This document shows positions 1 through 8,158 of a DNA stretch of 64,000 nt, one piece after another. The notes beneath the pieces are model-generated. The model had not been told where the DNA came from. It did not search any database and was given only the letters and a program-made list of their open reading frames with translations. Position 1 is the first letter of the stretch; each line of letters opens with the position of its first letter. The DNA lies in contig JAGQWR010000071.1 in NCBI GenBank assembly GCA_020437105.1, forward strand, positions 463 through 64,462. Direction: 5' to 3'. The position numbers and the translations under genes were made by a program. The DNA comes from Saprospiraceae bacterium (GTDB lineage: Bacteria; Bacteroidota; Bacteroidia; Chitinophagales; Saprospiraceae).

Positions 1-673
1 CCGGACCAATTTCTACAACGGTAAGATCGAAAAATTCTGAATTGTCAGAAGCTGCAATTGCTGCATCAATAAAATTACAATCAGAAGGTACCGGATCGCC
101 TTCGTATCCCTTGACTGGAATACTTCGCTTTACCCGAGCTACCTGATCCTGGGGAAAAACCCCGCCATCTGCAGTACCAGGCTGAATAATCTGACCTCCA
201 ATAGTTGCCCCAAAAACATGATAATTACTTAACATGACAATGCTGTTATCTGTATTATCCCAAACCCAGCCTCCAATCGTCCCTGTTCCGAAAAAGGTAA
301 TAGAAGAACAGCTCACTCCGCCTGGCACAGGTCGGTTGACTTCATCCAATCCGGGAGCATGCGTATAAGCCGGAGCAGACACAATTACGTCAGTTTTCAG
401 TTCTATCGTTTTTTGTTGGGTCGTCACGAACGTTTGAAAAGAACCCGGGATTCGCATGGCTGGATCGAGATTAGCTTCAGGCAGTTTACAAAGCACATAA
501 AAACGGATTACTAATTGATCTGTGGTTTTACCTTTCTTAATTTTCGGACCAATACCTATAGCATGCACGCCAAATCTTTTAAAAGCGCCGCCTCGCTTTA
601 ACTCCCCCAACTGGATACGCAGTGCCGGGTAATCATCTTCATTCCGAAATTTTAGTTGTTTTCTTTTTGCCAT
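1..673 (-). CDS. Trypsin/chymotrypsin-fold serine peptidase, N-terminal 224 aa only (gene runs off the left edge); no signal peptide
   Basis: I translated the minus strand by hand from ATG at 673-671. It stays open to position 1: MAKRKQLKFRNEDDYPALRIQLGELKRGG...GGWVWDNTDNSIVMLSNYHVFGATIGGQIIQPGTADGG...CNFIDAAIAASDN. SNYHVFG is His-like and IDAAIA is Asp-like, in chymotrypsin-fold order. The catalytic Ser would lie beyond the window. It is absent from the ORF track because it is truncated. Confidence 0.6.
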   Translation of the reverse strand, partial: MAKRKQLKFRNEDDYPALRIQLGELKRGGAFKRFGVHAIGIGPKIKKGKTTDQLVIRFYVLCKLPEANLDPAMRIPGSFQTFVTTQQKTIELKTDVIVSAPAYTHAPGLDEVNRPVPGGVSCSSITFFGTGTIGGWVWDNTDNSIVMLSNYHVFGATIGGQIIQPGTADGGVFPQDQVARVKRSIPVKGYEGDPVPSDCNFIDAAIAASDNSEFFDLTVVEIGP

Positions 674-1004
674 AATGTTCCTTTTGGAATTAATACCGGC
701 ATCAATAGATTAGTTACCTATGGATAAACATCGGTGGGTTTAATCAGGCACAGAATAACAGGTTGTGATTGCTTCTCATCAAGTTTTTAAAGCCATCAGG
801 TTCCGTCTTCCTGAGTTAAATAGTGCTTCTTAGATCCTGATTTTAAACCGCCGTCAGGCAGCAAAAAAAAGTTTCCAAAACCCATGTTTTGTCGGTGACT
901 AATATCACTGACTCCGTCAGAAGAAATATGGTAACTTTATAATGAAAGGTTATACTACCATTGACGTTCTGCTTGCTGCTTTATTTTTTAAAAAAATGTG
1001 CAAA

Positions 1005-1688
1005 ATGAAAAAGTCATCTCATTATTCTGTAATTTTTCTTGGCCTTGGATTTGGTTTTGCCCTGTTGCTGGCGGGTTGCCAGAAGGAGTATGACTACATT
1101 CCTCAGGACATCATGGAAACAAACAGTCACTATGCCCTAAACCTCGCTAATTGCCAGGGCAATCTCGATTATTTACCGATTGAATCACTCAATCAACACG
1201 AGCAAGCCAGTATGATCCTGATGCGGGAAGAAGAAAAAATGGCCCGGGATCTGTATCTGGCATTCGACGAAAGTTGGGATGCCAACACGTTTTCAAATAT
1301 CGCTAAAAGCGAACAGACCCACATGGAGGCTATGCTCATGCTGCTCGAAAAGTATGAACTGGCAGATCCGGTGGGTGTTAATGGTATTGGCCAGTTTCAA
1401 AACAAGACACTCCAGTCCTTGTATTATGAACTGCTGGCAAGAGGCCAAAAAAGCGCAGATGATGCCTTGCTGGCAGCTGCCCTCATTGAAGAGACCGATA
1501 TCACCGACCTGAAAACAGCCTTGGAAAGTTTTGTAGATAACCAGGACATCACCCTGATCTATGAAAATCTCTTGTTGGCATCTGGTAGTCAACTCCGCGA
1601 ATTGGTCAAAAAACTGCGTCAACGAGGAATAAAATACGTTCCTCAGCTATTATCACAGGCCGATTATGAAGCCATCCTGGCAGGATAA
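1005..1688 (+). CDS. DUF2202 / ferritin-like domain lipoprotein
   Basis: ORF 942..1688. The internal Met at 1005 gives MKKSSHYSVIFLGLGFGFALLLAGC, a lipobox. EEEKMARDLYLAF...AKSEQTHMEAMLMLLEKY resembles a ferritin-like four-helix motif. Confidence 0.7.
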   Translation: MKKSSHYSVIFLGLGFGFALLLAGCQKEYDYIPQDIMETNSHYALNLANCQGNLDYLPIESLNQHEQASMILMREEEKMARDLYLAFDESWDANTFSNIAKSEQTHMEAMLMLLEKYELADPVGVNGIGQFQNKTLQSLYYELLARGQKSADDALLAAALIEETDITDLKTALESFVDNQDITLIYENLLLASGSQLRELVKKLRQRGIKYVPQLLSQADYEAILAG

Positions 1689-1703
1689 ATAATCCTGGAA
1701 AAC

Positions 1704-1741
1704 AAAAAAATGGCTGCGAGTTTTCTCGCGGCCATTTTTTA
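1704..1741. terminator. Bidirectional intrinsic terminator between convergent genes
   Basis: The stem is atggctgcgag / ctcgcggccat (one G-U). An A-run lies at 1704-1710 and a T-run at 1735-1741. Confidence 0.7.
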
Positions 1742-1743
1742 TT

Positions 1744-2133
1744 TTATCCAATTACCGAAATTGGCTTTCGATCATCTCCAATAGCGACAAAGGTAAACTC
1801 TCCTTCTATGACTTTTTCCCGGGTTTCGGAATACATTTCCTCCATGAAAATCTGAACCCGGATCAATAAGCTGGTATTTCCAACCTGCTGCACCCTGCCA
1901 ATTAATTCTATGATCGTGCCGTGCGGGATAGGCTTGTGAAAATCAATTTTACTACTACTCACTGTCACAACCCTTTTTCGGCAAAAACGGGTAGCAGTCA
2001 TAAAGGCCACCTCGTCCATCAGACTCATAGCCATGCCGCCAAACATGGTATCATAATGATTGGTGGTATTAGGAAAAACAGCCTTGAAAATACGCGTTTC
2101 AGAGGATTCGATTCGGGTATTGATATCTGGCAC
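1744..2133 (-). CDS. Acyl-CoA thioesterase (hotdog fold, YciA/BFIT-like)
   Basis: 129 aa. Contains NHYDTMFGGMAMSLMDEVAFMTA...VVTVSSSKIDFHKPIPHGTIIEL, typical of hotdog thioesterases. Confidence 0.8.
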   Translation of the reverse strand: MPDINTRIESSETRIFKAVFPNTTNHYDTMFGGMAMSLMDEVAFMTATRFCRKRVVTVSSSKIDFHKPIPHGTIIELIGRVQQVGNTSLLIRVQIFMEEMYSETREKVIEGEFTFVAIGDDRKPISVIG

Positions 2134-2142
2134 TGGATCAGT

Positions 2143-2682
2143 TTATAAGATGATATTATTAAACTTCCCTTCTGTAATGGTCACTTCGCCCCCATTAAAG
2201 TCCCGAATCAGTGTGCCGGAGAATTTACCGCTCACTTTTCCTCCCGATTCAAATTCCATCGTGGTAAATTCAATGGTACAGGACCCGCCGGCAAATGTCG
2301 AACCGTATTCATCCGTACTTTCGCCAAAGCGGTAAAAGAGAATACCGCAAATTTCTGGTACAGGCGTACAGTTTATTCCTTCTGTAGCGTAAGTGTTTTC
2401 GCCTAACTGAAAACCATCCGGTACTCCAAAAGAGATCTGTATATAATCGTCCATAACCGGAGCAAGCGATTCAAAGCCGGAAATATTAAAAAAGGAAACA
2501 CCTCCCTGGGGTTCACTTAATGCAGATGTTCCAAACTTGGTTTCAAAGGCCTCACCGTCCACTTTACAAATGATTGTTCCAACGGGTAGGTTTTCCGGCT
2601 CTTCCCCGAATAAATCCTTTTTACAGGAAGTAGAAGTAAAAAGTACAGACAAAACAAATAAGGGCAACAATAGTCGAAGCAT
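2143..2682 (-). CDS. Hypothetical lipoprotein
   Basis: 179 aa. The signal peptide plus lipobox is LFTSTSCKKD. No catalytic motif was recognised. It lies 10 nt upstream of the thioesterase on the same strand. Confidence 0.6.
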   Translation of the reverse strand: MLRLLLPLFVLSVLFTSTSCKKDLFGEEPENLPVGTIICKVDGEAFETKFGTSALSEPQGGVSFFNISGFESLAPVMDDYIQISFGVPDGFQLGENTYATEGINCTPVPEICGILFYRFGESTDEYGSTFAGGSCTIEFTTMEFESGGKVSGKFSGTLIRDFNGGEVTITEGKFNNIIL

Positions 2683-2751
2683 AGATGTGGTTTTTTTTTA
2701 AGGTAATTGAATATCAATTTAAACGGATAAAGGGGGGTAATATTCCAATAT

Positions 2752-2970
2752 GGGATTAAAATTTCCGGCATTTGGGGAGGAGGCAATGTTCGCTTCGCGA
2801 AGGTTTGAAGCGTTTAACGCGTTTAAGCGGCACTTTTTAATTCGGGTGCCGCCCCGATGGGGCTCATATTTTGTTTTGGCTTTTTTCTACAAAGATTGAT
2901 CTCCTACGGAGATGGGTTTGCCATAATGCCGAAATATTATGGTCTGGGTTTAATTTCCGGCATTTGGGTA
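2752..2970. repeat. Mosaic of short hairpin 'word' repeats bounded by a ~22-nt imperfect direct repeat
   Basis: ttaaaatttccggcatttggg (2756-2777) recurs as tttaatttccggcatttggg (2950-2969). Between them are the hairpins ttcgc-ttc-gcgaa, ggcac..gtgcc, gcccc-gat-ggggc, atctcc-tac-ggagat and ccataat..attatgg. Sub-blocks recur at 24735-24811 and 32451-32497. Confidence 0.65.
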
Positions 2971-2993
2971 TGACGCAATCCGAAGGAAAAAAG

Positions 2994-3098
2994 TATAACC
3001 TCTAACCTATAATCTCTCATCTATAATCTATAATCTCTAACCTATAATCTCTAACCTATAATCTCTAACCTATAATCTCTCATCTATAATCTCTCATC
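2994..3098. repeat. 14-bp tandem array, about 7.5 units (tataatctctaacc / tataatctctcatc)
   Basis: I counted the units directly: 2994, 3008, 3022 (half unit), 3029, 3043, 3057, 3071, 3085. Three are perfect tataatctctaacc and three are tataatctctcatc. Confidence 0.95.
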
Positions 3099-3169
3099 TA
3101 AATAAAAAAGGGCCGGCCCGAAACCGGACACAGCCCCCCATTTGGTTGTATGGGTACTCTTTCAAATTC

Positions 3170-4732
3170 TTAATCTTCCAGGGTCACATCCTCTGCTTGC
3201 TGAGGAGCCTTTGCCTTTGCCACCGGATTATCCTGATTTTGAACCAGCACATTCGGAAGATTCAATCCGGCCTGATTCAAAAAATCGCTCAACTGCGGTA
3301 CAGCACTGTAAAGTCCTTGGATGAGATTTCCCATGCCCTGGCCACTGCCATTGTCATATACCACGATTTTATCAATATCCAGATTCTTAATCGCGCTCAC
3401 CTGAATCTCTGCCAACTCTGCAAGTTTATCTACCAAAAGCAATCCGATTGCACTTTTGGCATCGCCTCCAGCGGCATCAACGAGTTTCCGGAAACCTTCA
3501 GCCTGGCGGGTAAGCAGCTCTTCTGTACCCTTAGCCTGTGCTTCCAACTTAGACAGGATGGCATCGGCATCCCCTTTGGCAATTTCGCGATTGCGTTCGG
3601 CTTGCGCCTGTGCATTAATGACCGCTTTTTGCTTTTCAATAGATGCCTGAACAACCTCATCTGCCTGCCGCTTTGCCGTTTCCATTTGGGCACGCGCAAT
3701 CTCTGTTTCCTTTTCAGCGATATAGGCTTCCTGCATGGCACGTGCCTGAGCCACTTTCTGTGCAGCTACTGCCTGACGACGAGATTCTGCAATCTGAATA
3801 TCCCGCTTAGCCTCCGATTCGGCTATTAAAATCTCCGAAAGGTTGCGGCCTTTAGTAGCAGCAGCATTTGCATCTGCCTTACCAATGGCTGCCTGTGCAT
3901 CAGCCTCCGACATCTGCACATCCCGTTTGGCATTCGACTCGGCTACCTTGATTTCTGCCAGGTTTTTTCCCTCAATCTCAGCAGCACTTGCCGATGCCTC
4001 GCCAATCTCCGCCCGGCTATTAGCCTCCGCTACTTTTGTACGCTGCTCTTGTTTGGCTTCCGCCTGACCAATGCTACCGTTCCGCTCCTCCAACGCCACT
4101 TTTACTTTGGCGTCGTTGATGGCTTTTGCAGCGGCTTCCTGACCGAGTGCCTTGATGTAGCTGGACTCATCATGAATATCGGTCACGTTTACGTTAATCA
4201 GTTCCAAACCGATCTTGTGGAGCTCCTCTCCTACGTGCCCATATACTGCCTCAACAAATTTATCGCGGTCAACATTCAGCTCCTCAATGTCCATATTAGC
4301 AATCACCAATCGCATCTGCCCCATAATGATATCATGAGCCAATCCGCTGATTTCCTGCCGGGCCAAACCCAATAAACGCTCTGCTGCAGAGATCATCAGG
4401 TTGGGTTTGTTACTCACACCTACCGTAAATTGAGCTGGTACTGACACCCGGATATTCTGTTTTGACAGGGCATCCTGCAGATTCACATCAATCGGAATCG
4501 GCTTTAAGTCCAGGTATTGGTAATCCTGAATAACCGGCCAGATAAAGGCGGCACCACCTGCATAACATTTGGCGCTTTGGTCGGTTCCGGTGCGTCCATA
4601 AACCACCAGAATTTTATCCGACGGACAGCGCTTGTAGCGGCTTACAAAAAAGAGAATTAGTAAAAGGGTAAAACCGCCGATGGCGCCAAGGATTACTAAA
4701 ATCTCTGGGTTCACTAAAAGGAGTAGCTTCAT
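3170..4732 (-). CDS. Flotillin / SPFH (band 7) family protein, YqiK-like
   Basis: 520 aa. It has an N-terminal TM, an SPFH core (RCPSDKILVVYGR...IPIDVNLQDALSKQNIRVSV...) and a long Ala/Glu-rich coiled region with internal ~33-aa repeats (..NLAEIKVAESNAKRDVQ.. / ..NLSEILIAESEAKRDIQ..). Confidence 0.85.
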   Translation of the reverse strand: MKLLLLVNPEILVILGAIGGFTLLLILFFVSRYKRCPSDKILVVYGRTGTDQSAKCYAGGAAFIWPVIQDYQYLDLKPIPIDVNLQDALSKQNIRVSVPAQFTVGVSNKPNLMISAAERLLGLARQEISGLAHDIIMGQMRLVIANMDIEELNVDRDKFVEAVYGHVGEELHKIGLELINVNVTDIHDESSYIKALGQEAAAKAINDAKVKVALEERNGSIGQAEAKQEQRTKVAEANSRAEIGEASASAAEIEGKNLAEIKVAESNAKRDVQMSEADAQAAIGKADANAAATKGRNLSEILIAESEAKRDIQIAESRRQAVAAQKVAQARAMQEAYIAEKETEIARAQMETAKRQADEVVQASIEKQKAVINAQAQAERNREIAKGDADAILSKLEAQAKGTEELLTRQAEGFRKLVDAAGGDAKSAIGLLLVDKLAELAEIQVSAIKNLDIDKIVVYDNGSGQGMGNLIQGLYSAVPQLSDFLNQAGLNLPNVLVQNQDNPVAKAKAPQQAEDVTLED

Positions 4733-4749
4733 AATATTGGGATTTAAAG

Positions 4750-5289
4750 TTATACTGTTAAAGGTGTGACGAGTAGTAATTCATCCTGAAAATCCAGTAC
4801 TCGAACTTCCGTACCGGTAGCAATATCCTGATCTGCCGTTGCCTTCAATTCCCGGTTTGCACCCCGGATCGTGACTTGCACAATTCCTGTTCCACCAGCC
4901 TGAATCCGGGAATATATCTTACCCTCCTTTCCGATTGCCTCCTCCGGATGCCAGTTTACTTCCTCCTGATTGTTGAGCAATAAGCGCATCACCCAGGACA
5001 TTAAAAAACCGGAAGCCGTGCCAGCCGCAATGCCTACTCCCGCTGCCAGAATTGGATTGGGTGCATTTATTAATACCGCTTTCGCGGAAAGCGCACCAAT
5101 GGTCAAAAAGACCAACAGCCACTTAATAAGCCCCAGTGAACCCGAATCTCCGCCTGCATCACTATCACTATCTGCACCAATCTCAAAATCAAAATCCAGT
5201 CCGCTGAATATTGATAACAGGAGCAGCACGACAAATAAGCCACCGCAAAACCAACTTGTGTAGTTTAATATTTCCAGAATGTTCTCCAT
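4750..5289 (-). CDS. NfeD-like / YqiJ-like membrane protein (partner of flotillin)
   Basis: It has TM helices and a C-terminal OB-like segment, [48 protein letters not shown]. It lies 17 nt upstream of flotillin on the same strand. The start is taken at MENILEIL (5289). The ORF track start at 5352 is an alternative. Confidence 0.7.
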
Positions 5290-5752
5290 ATCTATATTGG
5301 TATGTTGCGGATAAGATGTAGGTCTTATGAGTAGAAGTCTATTTTTTTCCACTAGAATCCTGAAATCTTCGACTGGCTGTCAATTTCCTTAACAAAACCA
5401 TAACATTTTGAGGTATCCTGTTTTAGGGAGGCTATAGAGGCTCCGGCCTACACTAAGAGCTTGTTCGGGTATTGCTTTTGGAGCGAACGACTCCAAATTT
5501 TATGCTAAACAACCTGCCTGCCCAGGAGGCCGCGGCCGAGCAGGCAGGGGCATAATGAAGGAGCATAGCCAAAACTACGTCACCTAATAATAATGATGAG
5601 TAGTATAAAATTGGACGCGTGCAGCCCAAAGTGTAAATCACGAACACGCTCTTCAAATACGTATATCCGTATTCTTAGCGTTGAGTCTTTTGTGTTTCCT
5701 TCCGGGAAAGTTAATTTAGCCCAACTATTCAAATAACAAACCACAGCAAAAC

Positions 5753-7918
5753 ATGAAGAAAAGTATATTGATCCTTTGTATTGGCTTATTTAGTATTCCC
5801 ATGCTTGCGCAGGGAGGCATGTGGATTCCCATGCTTTTGGAGCAACTCAATGAGGAGCAAATGCAGGGCCTGGGAATGGAGATGTCTGCAGCAGACATCT
5901 ATAGTGTAAACCAAAGTAGTCTCAAGGATGCTATTGTACACTTCGGCGGATTTTGTACCTCGGAGTTGATTAGTCCAAATGGCCTGCTCCTGACCAACCA
6001 TCATTGTGGCTACGGACAAATTCAGTCGCACTCAACTATTGATCACAACTACCTGGAAGATGGCTTTTGGGCAGCTGATTATAGCGAAGAACTCCCCAAT
6101 ACCGGGCTTTCGGCGACCTTCATCAATCGAATGGAGGACGTGACTCGCCAGGTATTGACCGGTGTAACAAAGGAAATGACTGCCAGAGAACGCCAATCTG
6201 CAATTGACAAAAATTTGGAAACGGTAAAAGCAGGAATCCAAAAAGAGGCACACCAGGATGTCGCTATCAAACCATTCTATAAAGGCAACCAATACTTTGC
6301 TTTTGTAACAACCACCTACCTGGATGTCCGCTTGGTCGGTGCGCCTCCGTCTTCTATTGGAAAATTTGGTGCAGATACAGATAACTGGGTATGGCCACGC
6401 CACACAGGAGATTTTTCCTTGTTCCGAATTTATGCCGGAGCAGATAATATGCCTGCTGAATACAGTGAAACTAATGTGCCTTATAAGCCTAAACACTTTT
6501 TACCCATTTCACTGGATGGTGTAGAGCCGGGCGATTTTACGCTGGTTTTCGGTTTCCCGGGAAGTACCAATCAATATCTACCCTCTTCTGCCGTGCGGCA
6601 AATTATGGAAATCATTGATCCGGTGCGTATCAGTATTCGGGATAAATCCCTGGCAGTTTTAGATAGAGCCATGCGCCAAAACCCCGAAACAAAAATCCAA
6701 TATGCCTCAAAATTTGCCCGCATTGCAAATGGCTGGAAAAAATGGATCGGTGAAGTTCAGGGCCTGGAAGCATCCAATGCATTGGCCAAAAAAGAAAAAT
6801 ACGAGGCCGATTTCTCGGAAATGGTATCCAGCAAACCAGCCTGGAAGACAGAATATGGCAGCTTATTAAAGGATATGAAAATTTTGTACAAGGACCTTGA
6901 TCCATATGCCAAAGCCCGCGAATATTTCCTGGAAATCAGCTCCCGCAATGTGGAAGGCCTGAGTGTTGCCGGTTATTTTAAAACCCTGATTGACCGCTAT
7001 GATAACAATGGCGCAGCGGGTTTCACTGCTTATGCCCAGCGCCTGTCTCCTTATTTAGAGGGTATGTATAAAGACTTTGACCCCAGTGTGGATCAGGAAA
7101 TATTTACGCAGTTGATTCAAATGTACTTTGAAGATGTGGACCCGCAATATTTGCCGGCAGATCTGTATGGGGCTTACACCAAAGTAGGTACTACCGTTCC
7201 AACATGGGCAGGAGCTTTTTATTCCCAATCCGGAATCACCAGTTGGGCCAATGTATCCAGTTGGCTGGATATGGAACCGGAAAAAGCGGTCGAGCTGATT
7301 CGCAAAGATCCGCTGATTGGATTTTATATGGAGCTGTTAGAAGCCTATCAGGAAAAAGTTGCTGTCCACTATGACCAGATCAACGAGCAATTAGACGAGC
7401 TACAGCGAAAATACATGGCCGCTCAAATGGAAGTGTTCCCCAAACGCAGGTTTTACCCCGATGCCAATAGTACCCTCCGGGTTACTTACGGACAGGTAAA
7501 AGGCTATTCGCCAATGGATGCGGTTCAATATGAGCATGTCACTTATTTAGATGGTGTCATTGAAAAATACGTGCCGGGCGATTACGAATTTGATGTGCCC
7601 AACCGATTGCTGGAACTTTACCGGTCAAAAGATTATGGTCAATATGCTGATACCAATGGGAAAATACCTGTTTGTTTTATTGGCACCAATCATACGAGTG
7701 GCGGAAATTCCGGTAGTCCGGCAGTGGATGCCAATGGAAATTTGATCGGACTAAACTTTGACCGTGTTTGGGAAGGCACCATGAGCGACATTAACTATGA
7801 TCCGGATATATGCCGAAATATCATGGTCGATATTCGTTATGTGCTATTCATTATCGACAAATACGCGAATGCCAAACACCTGGTTGACGAAATGGAACTG
7901 GTGCATCCCAAGAAATAA
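5753..7918 (+). CDS. Peptidase S46 family dipeptidyl-peptidase (DPP7/DPP11-like)
   Basis: 721 aa with a signal peptide. Contains GGFCTSELISPNGLLLTNHHCG (His region) and TSGGNSGSPAVDANGNLIGLNFD (Ser region). Confidence 0.85.
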   Translation: MKKSILILCIGLFSIPMLAQGGMWIPMLLEQLNEEQMQGLGMEMSAADIYSVNQSSLKDAIVHFGGFCTSELISPNGLLLTNHHCGYGQIQSHSTIDHNYLEDGFWAADYSEELPNTGLSATFINRMEDVTRQVLTGVTKEMTARERQSAIDKNLETVKAGIQKEAHQDVAIKPFYKGNQYFAFVTTTYLDVRLVGAPPSSIGKFGADTDNWVWPRHTGDFSLFRIYAGADNMPAEYSETNVPYKPKHFLPISLDGVEPGDFTLVFGFPGSTNQYLPSSAVRQIMEIIDPVRISIRDKSLAVLDRAMRQNPETKIQYASKFARIANGWKKWIGEVQGLEASNALAKKEKYEADFSEMVSSKPAWKTEYGSLLKDMKILYKDLDPYAKAREYFLEISSRNVEGLSVAGYFKTLIDRYDNNGAAGFTAYAQRLSPYLEGMYKDFDPSVDQEIFTQLIQMYFEDVDPQYLPADLYGAYTKVGTTVPTWAGAFYSQSGITSWANVSSWLDMEPEKAVELIRKDPLIGFYMELLEAYQEKVAVHYDQINEQLDELQRKYMAAQMEVFPKRRFYPDANSTLRVTYGQVKGYSPMDAVQYEHVTYLDGVIEKYVPGDYEFDVPNRLLELYRSKDYGQYADTNGKIPVCFIGTNHTSGGNSGSPAVDANGNLIGLNFDRVWEGTMSDINYDPDICRNIMVDIRYVLFIIDKYANAKHLVDEMELVHPKK

Positions 7919-7945
7919 GGGAAATCAAAATTTAATTTAACAAAA

Positions 7946-7975
7946 AGCCATTTCTTCCGGAAATGGCTTTTTTTG
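7946..7975 (+). terminator. Intrinsic terminator of the S46 peptidase gene
   Basis: agccatttc-ttccg-gaaatggct followed by a T-run. Confidence 0.75.
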
Positions 7976-8158
7976 TTTACCCGGATCAGGGTATTCCCTT
8001 CCAGTCAGGAGCTTTCTTTCAATAGATTTGCCTAATTTAATACATAAAATCTGGCAGTCCCATCTAACTTCTCATTCGATCATTTATTAACTTAAACGCC
8101 AGTACCCATTCTAATTGGATAAAGAACTAATTTAAAAATTAAACCAAACCTCCTCCAG

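Noticed and set aside
2994-3098. Possible CRISPR array (also considered for 12671..12748 and 59021..59090)
   Set aside because: The units are contiguous with no unique spacers, are only 14-27 nt long, and no cas genes are present in the window.
2994-3098. Eight TATAAT hexamers as stacked sigma-70 -10 promoters
   Set aside because: Promoters recognisable in this window follow the Bacteroidota TAnnTTTG type, and the short primary sigma factor encoded at 53984..54850 fits that type. TATAAT is therefore probably just part of the repeat unit.
5453-5656. 67-aa ORF, and the idea that 5400-5700 encodes tmRNA (gccaaaactacg...taataataa resembles a tag reading frame)
   Set aside because: The ORF has no start context or motif. 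The putative tag would end ..SPNNNDE rather than the ALAA-type terminus. No tRNA-like acceptor/T-arm (GGTTCGA-type) sequence is present.
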